DNA of 64,000 nt from Azolla caroliniana (lineage: Eukaryota > Plantae > Polypodiophyta), in NCBI GenBank assembly GCA_043228905.1, contig JBHGNT010000008.1:14818001-14882000 (forward strand), in the 5' to 3' direction. A program made the translations under genes and the position numbers. This document shows positions 1 through 10,750 of this stretch, one piece after another. The notes below the pieces were generated by a model, which had not been told where the DNA came from, made no database searches, and saw only the letters and a program-made list of their open reading frames with translations. How positions within the stretch are numbered: the stretch's first letter is position 1; every line of letters starts with the position of its first letter.

Positions 1-2418
1 TCGTTACTTCCAAATCCCGGATTAGCCCGGTCGGTCGGACTGAGCTGGTATCCGCCATGCGTAACCAGAAGGGGCATGGTTCCCATTCCCGGATGCCCAG
101 GTTGTCGCATGTCTGTCGGCTGATGACATTTACCCCGGAACCTCCGTCAATGATTGTTCCGGCAATTTCCTTTCCTTTCACGATTGCTGTGATCGCCGGG
201 CTACTTGTATCGACCACAACTGGTCCTTCCTCCGGGTTGGAGAAGAATGCCGGTGCTGGCGTTGGCTTCGGTTTGCTCACGGATGCTTGTAAGTCTGCCG
301 TAAACCGTGGCACCAACTGTAGTAGCCGTGCTAACGACATCACGATTTGACAGTCCTGGAGCGCTTGCCACGTCGGGTTTTCTCCTGGCTGTATGATTTC
401 TTCGTCTTTTGGCATATTTTGTTCTCTTACTTCTGCCGCATTCTGTTCATTGGCCTCCTTGATCCATTGCGCCGCTTGTTTTCTGATTGCCTCCTGGGCT
501 TCCCACTCGGCAGTCTTCCCCTTTGACCGGGTTGTGACCTGTTGCACTTCCGTTATTTCGGTTGTAACCATGTTGACTGCCGGCTGCTTGTCATTGGTTT
601 TGCTTGGGCATTGGTTACTATAATGGCCCTCCTTACGGCAGTAATAACAGTACACCTTGTGACTGTTGCTCGTTTCTCCTTTGTCCCCGGTTTGGAGGGT
701 GGGTATACTTCGGCGGTCGTCTTCGGTTTTTCGGTTATCCGGTACCAATACCGGGTTGTCATTCCTTGCTGCCTCCCGACGTTCCTCTCTTCAGAAAAAT
801 CCACGCTTCTGATTCCGTCGGAAATTTCGGTTCCCTTGTCGCCTCTCTTCTCTGCGTCGTTTGTATTCCGGGGATTCGTCTCGGTCCTACCGGTCCCGGG
901 GGTAGCTATCTCTGCGTTTCTCCTCTCGGTCATAGTTATCGCGTCTTCTATCAGCGTATCTCTTACCGCGTTCGCGTTGGTAGCGGTTGTCTCTCCGGAA
1001 TCGATCCTCATCCGGGTTCTGATTGCGCGGTTCTATGTGTCGAACCGGTGCTGCCTGCCGATTTAACTGGTTATATTCGCATCGGTCCGTTGTATGGGCT
1101 CGAGAGTTGCAGATCATACATTGTGTCCGCAGGGTGCAGTCTACTGTTGAGTGGCCCGAATTTAGGCATGTTGTGCATTGTAAGGCCTGTCGGAACCTCA
1201 GGTCTTCCTCCTTCGGGAGTGCCCGGTGTAACATCCCCATCGACAAGAAGGAGCTAGTCTTGTCCATTTCTAAGACCCGATCAATAACTTGGTCCATTGT
1301 GCTGGTGCGGAAATCAAGGACTCCGCACATCGTTCGAAGTGGCTCTTTTAGCGCGGCCAAAAAGACTGCTTTGGCTTCGTCTTCGGGTGGTGCTCTCGTC
1401 AGTTGGCTGTGCAGGGTCTGAAACCAAATGATGAATTGTGGCACAGTCTCGTTCTCTTCCTGCCGGGTGGTGTAGAACTGCCCGACCAATTCCCTTTAAG
1501 CCTGAGGAATTTGGCCTTCAAGGCATCGAATGTGGCAAAGCTGCCCGGTAAGTGCTTTGCGTGCCATCGGGCTGCCAGTCCTTCTAAGGTCATGCTGAAT
1601 TCGGCGACTTTGGATCGTTCGGCTTCGGGCTCCGTCAGTCTTTGGGAGACATGGTTGGCTTCCCATGTTTGGAGGAATGCGTACACGTGTGCCTCCGCGT
1701 CGGGCTCATCCCGGTACTTTGGGTATGGGTACGGCATCGTGTCGTCCAACTGACTCTCCTGCTCTCTCCGCTCTCTGTCCGTTGTTGGCGTCGGTGTGCG
1801 AACCTTCGGTTCCTCCGCGGTTGGTGTCGGTATCCGCTCCTTCAGTTCCTCTGCGGGTGTTGCCGGTGTCCGGTCCTTGGGTTCCTCCGCGGGTGTTGTC
1901 GGTATCCACTCCTTCGGTTCCTTCGCGGGTGTTGTCGGTATCCGCTCCTTCGGTTCCTTCGCGGGTGTTGTCGGTATCCGGTCAGCCTCCCTCGGTGATT
2001 GCCGGTCACCGAACTCCAAGGTTATTTCTTCCTCTGGCTCCGGTGTTACTGAGTCTTCCGACTCCTCTTCCCCCGGGTTGTTTGGTGTGTCGTGGCTGCT
2101 TTTATACCGGGACGCAACGCTTCCGTTGCTTTCCGACTCCGCCTCGAGTGTTGCGAATGCTTCCGAGTCCCCGTCGCCACCGGCGAGCGTCTGTAGTATC
2201 GTTTCCGCCTCTTGCAGGCTTGTTATGCTACTGCCTTCGTCGGGGACTTGCAGAACCCGGAACTGCAGTGCTTCTTCTGCGACTCTCCGAAGAGTTCTGG
2301 AGAATGACCGATCTCGCCGGATCTCGTCGACGGCTTGCAGTAGGGCTTCCCGTCGTTGCTCTCGTTCACTGTATCGTCTCCTTCGTTCGGTGATGTGGTC
2401 GTCGTTTGGTCTAGACAT
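1..2418 (-). pseudogene. gag: gag-protease of the left Gypsy element (frameshift near 1490)
   Basis: Starts MSRPNDD; contains YRDEPDAEAHV..FLQTWEAN and paired zinc knuckles (CTTCLNSGH..C, CMICNSRAH..C). Protease motif TIIDGGSGVNVI lies at ~125-160. Confidence 0.85.
1790..1985 (-). repeat. 39-bp tandem repeat in gag (about 5 copies of a 13-aa unit, RIPTTPAKEPKE-like)
   Basis: cttcggttccttcgcgggtgttgtcggtatccgctc recurs; the unit is visible in the ORF translation. Confidence 0.85.
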
Positions 2419-2859
2419 CCATCCCCTGGTTGTCCTCTGCACTTTGCAGGAATCGTGGTCGCCAAAATAGTGTTGTCTGCCTGGCCGGACTAGCCTCAAC
2501 ACAGGTGTCTATCCGACACTTCTCCAAAGGGGTGGTAAGGATTGGATGCTAGGTTACACGCGTAAGATGATTACACTAAGCACAGACGGTAAAACAATAC
2601 AAAGACAAAGATAAACACGCAATAAGTATAATTGTATTACTTCCGTAAAGCATTTACAAATCATCGGATCCTTTTATAGGCATCCGGCAAGGTTACAATC
2701 GGTGCGCTTAGGCAACCGGCATCCGAATCGGTCCGGATCCGGATCGGTACAACTGTACCGGATCCGTCCCTCCGAATAATAAATATACTATTATTTACTT
2801 CCTATTATCCGATCCGACTCTGCCTTCCCACTTGTCCTTGCTCTTCTAACCGGCCAACA

Positions 2860-4145
2860 CATACCTTTGTCCATCTCGATTCTCTTCTGTTCTACACCGA
2901 GTGTTAGTGTTTGTCTTCGAAAGCGTCTGTCGGCTGCAAATGAGTCTCAACCCTCACGCTTTGATACCATGTGAAAGTTAGCGTGCATAAGCTTTGACAA
3001 AACTGTTTTAGCCGGGTAGCGACAGAGAAAAAACACAGGTTCAATGGAAGCTTGAGAGTACTTAGCATACACGGGAGAGACAGAGAGAGATCAGAACATA
3101 AACTCAATCCAAAATAACAACACTCTGTGTACATAGAATGTGCTAAGAGAGTACTTTTATACAAATCCATAAAGGACTGAGTCCCAAGTTGTTAGGTACG
3201 GTACGAATACCATAGGTATTTAACGTATTAATACCCATATAGTACCTCCCAATTTAAAAATACGTAAAATACGTATTTACATATAGTACGTTAAATACTT
3301 CTAGAATTTGAAAATTATTTACCTTTCTAAAAAATATCTATAATATTGTAAAGAACATCGATGTTTACACAATTTTGTGATGTACAATATAGTTCTACAT
3401 CCTAAAATGCATATCAAACATTTGAACATTTCACATCCTAAAATACTTATAGTAATATGGATGTTGACATTCCCTTATTCTATAAATCAGTGTAAGTGTG
3501 TATCACGATGTTCTACTTCAAATTGTAATTATTTAGAATTATGCCTTCATAGATTGAGGAATCGACTACGATTATCACACTCATGATAGGTTTCTCTTTT
3601 CTTCATTTTCTTTTTCTTTTTCTTCTATCTTCTGTGATTATCACACTGAAGACAGGTTTATGTCTTCTTTTCTCTCTTCTTCTTCTTCTTCTTCTTCTTC
3701 ATCTTCTTCATCGTCGTCTCTTCTATTCTTCTTTCTTCCTTCCTTTGGCTTTCACGAAAATCTTTTTTTCCTTTTGCTTTATAAATACGTATTATACCTG
3801 TTTTTTTTATAAATACGTTTAATACTGTATTGGACAAATGTACATGATATTTGACTAAACAACATTGAGGTATAGTACATACTATACAAATGATGAGGTA
3901 CTATACGTATTTAAACGTTTTAAATACGAGTACATAAACAACCATGGGACTGATAGAAGTAATGATAGGTACTTCAATGCTCATATGAGCGATTGCCACT
4001 GACTCCCAAAACTATGCCTACATACTTTAATGGCCTACTGGTTTCAATCCGATCCGGTTCTTCGATTCGGATCCTGGTTCCGGATACCAATTCGGCTCTG
4101 GCTTATTCAACCAATCTGGATCCGGTTGAGCTTGCTCACTCAACT
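2860..4145 (-). mobile_element. Copia 5' LTR (~2970-4145, split by a MITE), PBS and leader; host of the left Gypsy insertion
   Basis: PBS TGGTATCAAAGC (2958-2969, tRNA-iMet type, one mismatch). LTR and leader resemble 51790-52221 (ctcaaccctc.cgct.tgatacca; caggttcaatgga; gtacttcaatgctcat). Confidence 0.8.
3181..3950. mobile_element. MITE-like non-autonomous DNA element with a 3-bp TSD (TGA)
   Basis: Ends GTCCCAAGTTGTT...AACAACCATGGGAC form an imperfect TIR, with TGA on both sides. AT-rich and non-coding. Removing it restores the Copia LTR (ggactga-tagaagta). Confidence 0.75.
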
Positions 4146-4990
4146 TTTCCCATTTTTGGAAACGTCTCTTCCATATTCTCAGCATCACCACCAAGTTATC
4201 GACAACATTCCATCCACAAACAAACGGGCAGATGGAATGCATAAATCAGGTACTAAAGCAATATCTTCGATGTGTGGTGAGTTACCAGCAAGACAATTGG
4301 ACTACGTTCCTCCCATTGGCTAAATTGGCTTATAATAACACCCCTCATTCATCCATCGACACGTCCCCATTCTTTGCCAACTTTTGTTTCCAACCTCATT
4401 TTAGCATATCCCTTCCCAATGTTTCGGTGAACCTCTCGGCCAAAGAGCGGGCGCGTCGCCTAAAAGAAATCCATCAATGTCTAACTCTTGAGCTCGTTAA
4501 TGCACAAGACTAACAAAAGGCAATGGCCAAATATCTATGGGCTCCGGCGTACAACTTTCAAGTAGCTGACATGGTTTGGCTACTACGGTGCAATATTACG
4601 ACCATTCGTCCATGTGCCAAGTTAGATTACACAAAATTGGCCCCCTTCCGCATCTCTGAGTGTATCAATCATGTGGCCTATCAGCTCTACCTTCCTCCCC
4701 ACTATCGCATCCATGATGTTTTTAATGTATCTCTCTTGGAGGTTTACCATCGCTTTGTACTTCGCGAACAACAACATGCTCGACCACCACCCATTGAGTT
4801 GGAGTTTGGCAATGAGTATGAAGTTCAAGAAATCCTCGACTCCAAGATTCTATTTCGAAAACTCTATTATCTAGTATGCTGGAAAGGATAGTACCTGATA
4901 TTTGTAGCTACTTGGGAACCTTACCACCATTTGACGAATACAGCGAAGGCAGTTCGTGATTTCTATCTTCGTTATCAACACAAGCTTGCG
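4146..4990 (+). pseudogene. pol: Chromovirus integrase C-terminus and chromodomain, degenerate
   Basis: INQVLKQYLRC..QDNW..LPLA..AYNN, IHDVFNVSLL and EYEVQEILDSK..YYLVCWKG. Followed by PPT AGGGGATAA and a probable LTR starting TGTCAC at 5008. Confidence 0.85.
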
Positions 4991-5007
4991 CTAAACATAG
5001 GGGATAA

Positions 5008-5330
5008 TGTCACAGACATGACAACAATCATGTCAAAATTTGAACTCATGACCTGCTGTGTTATGATCGAGTGTTATATGTCAACCAACATGTCCAATAT
5101 ACAATCGTATGCATAATTGTTCCTCGTAGCTTTAAGCTAGCATCATGAGCATAATTGTTCCATTGTGTTATTCACACTTGGCACATGCATGCATACATAC
5201 ATGCTCAAGTGTATCACATCCACTGAACAAGCATGCATGCCGCTTAGTATAAATATTTGACTTCACCTTGAATGAGTTCAAGGTGAACAAGACCAGTTAA
5301 TGATACTTGCTCCTTAGCTTGTCAATCATG
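5008..5330 (+). mobile_element. Probable 3' LTR of that chromovirus (right end uncertain)
   Basis: Starts TG right after the PPT, has TATAAATA at ~5249, and shares caaggtgaacaa with the solo LTR at 23579-23999. Confidence 0.5.
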
Positions 5331-5642
5331 TCTTTGTAGCACTTTTAGGCTTGGCGATCCCATCCTTGTAGTATCCTTGTAGTTTTGATTATTCTATCTT
5401 TAACATTGATATTCTCTTTCATTAGTATCCTAATCTCTTCACCATGCGTGTTTATGGTTTGTTGAAGAGAAATCAAGTGAATCATAATTAGTTTGTCCAT
5501 TGTGGCTGAGTTTATTGCATTGTTGTCAAGAATCGTTGGTGATATTGGCTCATTATCGATCATACTCCCGCTTTTTGTAACTGCGTTTTGAATGTTTGCC
5601 ATTCTAGGACCAAAATCTATGAGAAGTATATAAAAGAATACG

Positions 5643-6453
5643 TGTGCGATAGACACCGAACCGAGTACACAGTTAGTTTTCAGAAACTTGATAGTTAGGT
5701 ATACATAGTGAGAGAGAGAGACAGAGAGAGCAAACAACAACTTTCGATTACGAATAATGAACACTCTGTACATACACAATGCTTAATGAGCAGTTTTTAT
5801 ACAAGCCCTAACGAGTGGGGCTGACACAAGTACCATCATTACTTGAATGCTCATAAATGAGCCTGACACAAATTCTGCCAACAATATTCCTATTTACTAT
5901 AATAGGAATATAAGCCCTCAACGCCCTTCTCGAATCCTTCAGACTCGGCTCACCCAAATCGAACTCTATTTGATTTGGCTCCCGGATCTCGGCCCTCGGA
6001 TTCTTCAGCTGATTTGGCCCATGTTAAGATTGTCAGTCAACACTCCCCCTCAAGCCCAACTTGAGGTCCCGCAATGTCAAATCTGAGTGGTTTGTCACTC
6101 GAGTCTCCTCTCTTGGCGTCTCGACGCCTCGCTTGCGCTCCTCGTTCAATCTGGCCTTGTGTCCGAGGACCCCTTCGGTCTGTCCCTTCTTGACTCATCT
6201 GGTTCCATGCACCTTGACCTCTACGGTCAGCTTGTCTACTGCCTTGGCCCTTGTCAGCTCCCTCGTTGTCGCGGTATTGGCGCCTTTCAACCCGTCGGCT
6301 CTTCCGTGTTGGTGTCATCTTCGGTTGCCTCCTTGTTTGCCTAGCCTTCGTCTAATTCGGCTCGTCCAAATCACCCTCCTTAATTGAATTGGTTGCTTCC
6401 GATTTCTTCCGGCTCTTGTCCAAATCGGTTGTCTCCAATTTGTCCTCATTCAG
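5643..6453 (-). mobile_element. Copia 3' LTR (~5643-6042), PPT and 3' internal region
   Basis: PPT AGGGGGAG at 6043-6050 abuts TGTTGA on the minus strand. The ORF ends QVGLEGEC*, like RVELEGEC* at 46804. LTR resembles 46425-46809. Confidence 0.75.
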
Positions 6454-6532
6454 TGTTGGGGACAAGGTCCTCACTACGGAAGAACACAAAACATCTGTGA
6501 TGTTGAAGGACCTGTGTATGAGAATAAACAAG

Positions 6533-6570
<38 letters not shown>

Positions 6571-8508
6571 GCACACAGAGACGTTTGATTTCTTAATAGC
6601 AACAATTACAAATGACCACCAACCCCCACTAAGAGACACTTTGTCATTCCATCTGCGACATTATCGGTTGTGGATATCTTCTCGAGACCGATTTTCCCTG
6701 AAATGACGCAGTCCCAAACAAAGTGATATCGAACGTCGATATGCTTGAAGGCGTTGTGGTGAACAGGATTTTTGGACAAAGCAGCAACACCTTGACTGTT
6801 GTTGTAGACGACTGAGCCGAGTCGAAGTCGACTTGTCGAAACATGTGCACCAGCTGACCAAGCCATAAAGCTTCTTTTGCTGCGTCGGACGCAACTACAT
6901 ATTCTGCTTCGGTCGTTGAGGTGGTTGTGCACTCCTGAAGTTTCGACTTCCACAAGATTGCTCAATTACCGAATTTGAAACAATATCCGGTTGTTGATTT
7001 CCGACTGTCCACGTAGCCGGTGAAGTCCGAGTCGGTGTAACCGTCTACGCCTGAGGTTGAGTTCGGGCCAAAAAGAATGTCGTGGTCTTTTGTGCCAGCT
7101 AGATATCTGAACACATGCCTGACTGCATTCAAGTGCGATCGGCCTGGGTTGTGCATGAATCTGCCGACGACTCCTATGGCGTGAGAAATATCAGGCCGTG
7201 TCGTGACCATCACGTACATAAGGGAGTCCACTACCGGTGCATACGGTATCGACTTCATATCTTCCCCCTCCGGACCAGATGTTGGGCAATCTCGTTGAGA
7301 CAGCCGAAGGTTAATGGGGAGTGGGGTCGAAGCAGACTTGGCCGAGTGCATGTTGAAGCGTTCCAAGACACATCTGATGTAGTTGGTTTGAGGCAAGAAC
7401 AGTTGTCGTTTATTGCGATGCCGACTAATCTTCATACCAAGTATGTGTCTTGCAGGACCGAGGTCCTTCATGGCAAACTTCAACCGCAGTTTCCGAACGA
7501 GTTCGGTGAGCTCTCCGGCATGTCGGCCGGAGAGTAGCATATCATCCATGTAAATGATGAGGAAGACGGGAGACCCATCTTGAGTTGTTTTGGTGAAGAG
7601 ACAGTGGTCCTCATCGCTCTTGGAGAAGCCGACCGACTACATGAAGTCGTCAAACTTCTTGTATCACTGTCGGGTTGCTTGTTTCGGGCCGTATAAACTC
7701 TTCTTGAGTCGACAGACTAGATGTTCCTGACCGGATGCCATAAAGCCTTTCGGTTGCTGCATATAGATTTCCTCATGTAGGTCACCGTGGAGGAATGTCG
7801 TTTTTACATCTAGCTGAATCAATTCCAAGTTGTCGGCGGCCACGACGCCGAGCATGAAACAAAGGGCTGTCATTTTTACCATTGTTGAGAAGATTTCGTC
7901 GAAGTGGACACCATGTTCTTGTCAAAATCCCTTCGTAACTAATCTAGCCTTGTACTCTGGGTTGGTTGAGTTGGACGTCTCTTTTAGTCGATAGACCCAC
8001 TTACATGGAAGAGCACGTCGATTCTTCGGTAATTCGACCAAGTCCCAAGTCTTGTTTGCGCGAATGGAGTGCATTTCCGACTCCATCGCCAGATGCCAGG
8101 TGGATGAGTTGGCAGATGCCGATGCATCTTCGTAAGACGTCGGTTCGTCGGCGTCAGTAAAGAAAATTCCGGGAGAGTATCTTTCCGGAGGTTGCGACAG
8201 TCTCTCAGATCTTCGAGGTATGACTGGATTGGTCGCACCAAGTATAAGTGTCAGATGGTTCGAAGCCGAGCCATTCAACTGTGCTGAATCAGTGGATTCA
8301 AGACGGGAGTGTCGGTTACCCGTGAAACCAATCTCGTGTTGTGGGCTCGACCTTCATGAAGGGGGGGCACTTCGGAAAATATTACCCGTTGAACTTCAAT
8401 AGGCCTTTCGGCCGTTTTATGCATAGCCGACTCGTTGAACACAACGTCCGAACTTCAGAGGATTTGTCAGTGCTCGGGGTCCTAGAGTCGGTATCCGATC
8501 TTGCCGTC
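6454..8508 (-). mobile_element. pol: Truncated, degenerate Copia: short 3' LTR (6454-6610), RNase H, RT and integrase C-terminus
   Basis: QLDVKTTFLHGDL, CRLKKSLYG, YMDDMLL, GYTDSDF, STTEAEY, KHIDVRYHF, NVADGMTK. TG...CA 157-bp LTR. Several stops and frameshifts. Confidence 0.9.
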
Positions 8509-8509
8509 G

Positions 8510-9690
8510 TGAGGGATGTCTTTGGAGACATCCAAAAGTTGGGAAAGGGATTCCGCAAAGAGTGGTTGGAAGAAGGGAAGAGCAACAGAAACTAATATTT
8601 GAATTTCATGATAGTTTATGGGTAGGTCATCGTGGAGTTTGGGCCACCTATTCGAAATTAAAAGAGAAGTTTTGGTGGGCTGGATTGTACAATGATGTTG
8701 CAAATTATGTACAATCGTGTGAGAACTGCCAAATGTATTCGAATATTCGGCATCGTGATGTGTTGCAACCTACTTATTCTTTCTCTACATTATAAATGGG
8801 TTGTGGATATTGTAACGATGCCTGTAGGGATTTGGAAAATGAGATATCTTGTAAGTTCCTTCTTGAAGATGTAATATGTAGGTACGGGTGCATTGAGAAG
8901 ATTGTTGCAGACAGAGGAGAACTAGATTCTAACGAAGCTGAACAATTTTTTTCAAGAATGGGTTTTCGACTATCCTTAACTATAGCATATAACCCTGAAG
9001 CTAATGGGAAGGCTAAGCATGGACATAGCCCTATAGTAAAAGCTTTGGTGAAAGCTTGTGATGGCAAGATAGCTAACTGGCCTCATCTGTTACTGTATGC
9101 ACTATGGGCTGACCGCACTACTCAGAGTTCCATAACTGGCTTTATGCCATCAGAATTGATACTTGGTCAAAAGCCAATTACACTAGTAGAGAAATCGGTA
9201 TTTTCCTGGGTTTCCTTGCCATGGGCAAATGAAATGAGTCGAGAAGATTTTCTTGCTCTTAGAATCAGACAACTAGAAAGAAGGGATTAAGATGTTCAAA
9301 TAGCTACGGAAAGGATAAAACAATGTCGACTACGGAACAAAGAAAGATTTGATAAAACCCATCGCCTTCGACCAAGAAAGCTCCAAGAAGGTGATTGGCT
9401 CATAGTTTATGATAACAACTTGGATAACCAACATAGTACTTCTCGCAAATTTGCCAAAAGATGGTTCGGGCAATATATCATTAGACAAGTGAATAAAAAT
9501 GCAACGTATCTCCTAATTGAAATGGTTCGAGTTGCTTTAAGATTACCAATTATAGGTAAGCGAATTAAGCTATTCAAGAGAAGGGAAGATCAAAGCACTA
9601 ACTTCCTCAACGAAGATGACATCCATAAAGGTGAAGAAGGAGACATTCATTGGTGCATGCCAAAGTATGCGTAGGTCTAAAGGAGGAGGA
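8510..9690 (+). pseudogene. pol: Gypsy integrase fragment, degenerate
   Basis: HHCC (FHDSLWVGHRG...CENCQ), IVADRGE, AYNPEANGKA, ALWADRTT. PPT AAAGGAGGAGGA ends at 9690. Confidence 0.85.
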
Positions 9691-10750
9691 TGTCGTGACG
9701 TTTCCATGCCACGATGAGAAAATAACCTCTACCAATTTGTATGAGCTTATTCAAATCTTTGTAAAAGGTTACATAGAGTGTGAGGCCTCGATTAGTAGGA
9801 GCATGTCGGGGTTTAGGTGTCGTGAAGGATTTGCTTCATGATAGAAAAATAAACTAAAATATTGTACTAAATAACATTTGAGAGACTTGAACCCAGAACC
9901 TCACATACCAAACACAAGGCACATACCATTAGGCTAAGTCATTTGTTCTTTTAAAGCTATATTTTAATGTTTATACTTATGCCATGTATATTTTCATACA
10001 TGAAAGCTCAAATGCGTGGGATGTCTATCATGCATCACATGCATTTCATGCACTACATGCATGTATTGTACCCTCACATGCATCATATTCATGGGGGCAC
10101 CTATTTAAAGAGGGAATGGGAAAAGAGTAAGGGGAGAACATGAGACGAGGAATATTATTGTAATAAGAGGGACAAGCTATATTATTGTACAAGAAATATT
10201 TTGTAATCATCTTCAAATATCAATACAAGTTATATCTGTTTCTCCTCTTTCTTTGACAAGAAGCCCGATGCTTACTTCTGTTACCGGCCGGCAAGGAGTC
10301 CAAAATACGGAGTGAAGGAATTAATTAAGTATGGTTGTAAATAAGCATAGTATGGACGGACGGACTGGAAACGGTATGCCGTTACAGATCCGGACGGATC
10401 CCGAATAGGTGCGATAGGCACCGTTTTGTACTACGGGCCGGAAACCTATTTAAAGGCCCGGACCCCATTGTAATCGCAGCGGATAATTAATAGAGCGTAT
10501 GGTGTTTATACTTCTGTGTTGATTTCCGTTCTGTAATTACTGTTATATCTTACGCGTGTAATTAACAAAAGCGCTCTAATCGTGTAACCTACTTAAGTCG
10601 GTGTAATCGTTGAGTCATAATCCTATGCCGTAATCACCCTTTGGTGAAGTGTCTCCGTGACACCTTGTGTTAGGCCTTGTCCGGTCAGAGAACAACATAG
10701 TTTTGGCGACCACGATTCCTGCTTTCTCGCAGCGAACGACGACTTAATGG

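Larger units (their letters stand above)
1..2859 (-). mobile_element. Gypsy (non-chromovirus) LTR retrotransposon, 5' part; continues beyond the left window edge
   Basis: LTR 2471-2859 (minus strand TGTTGG...CAACA), 6-nt spacer, PBS TGGCGACCACG (2454-2464), then gag and protease. Clearly homologous to the element at 10279-19016. Confidence 0.9.

Noticed and set aside
542-2470. Long plus-strand ORFs (174-242 aa)
   Set aside because: Antisense shadows of GC-rich, repetitive gag sequence.
5345-5779. 144-aa minus-strand ORF
   Set aside because: Starts within a Copia LTR and has no recognisable domain.
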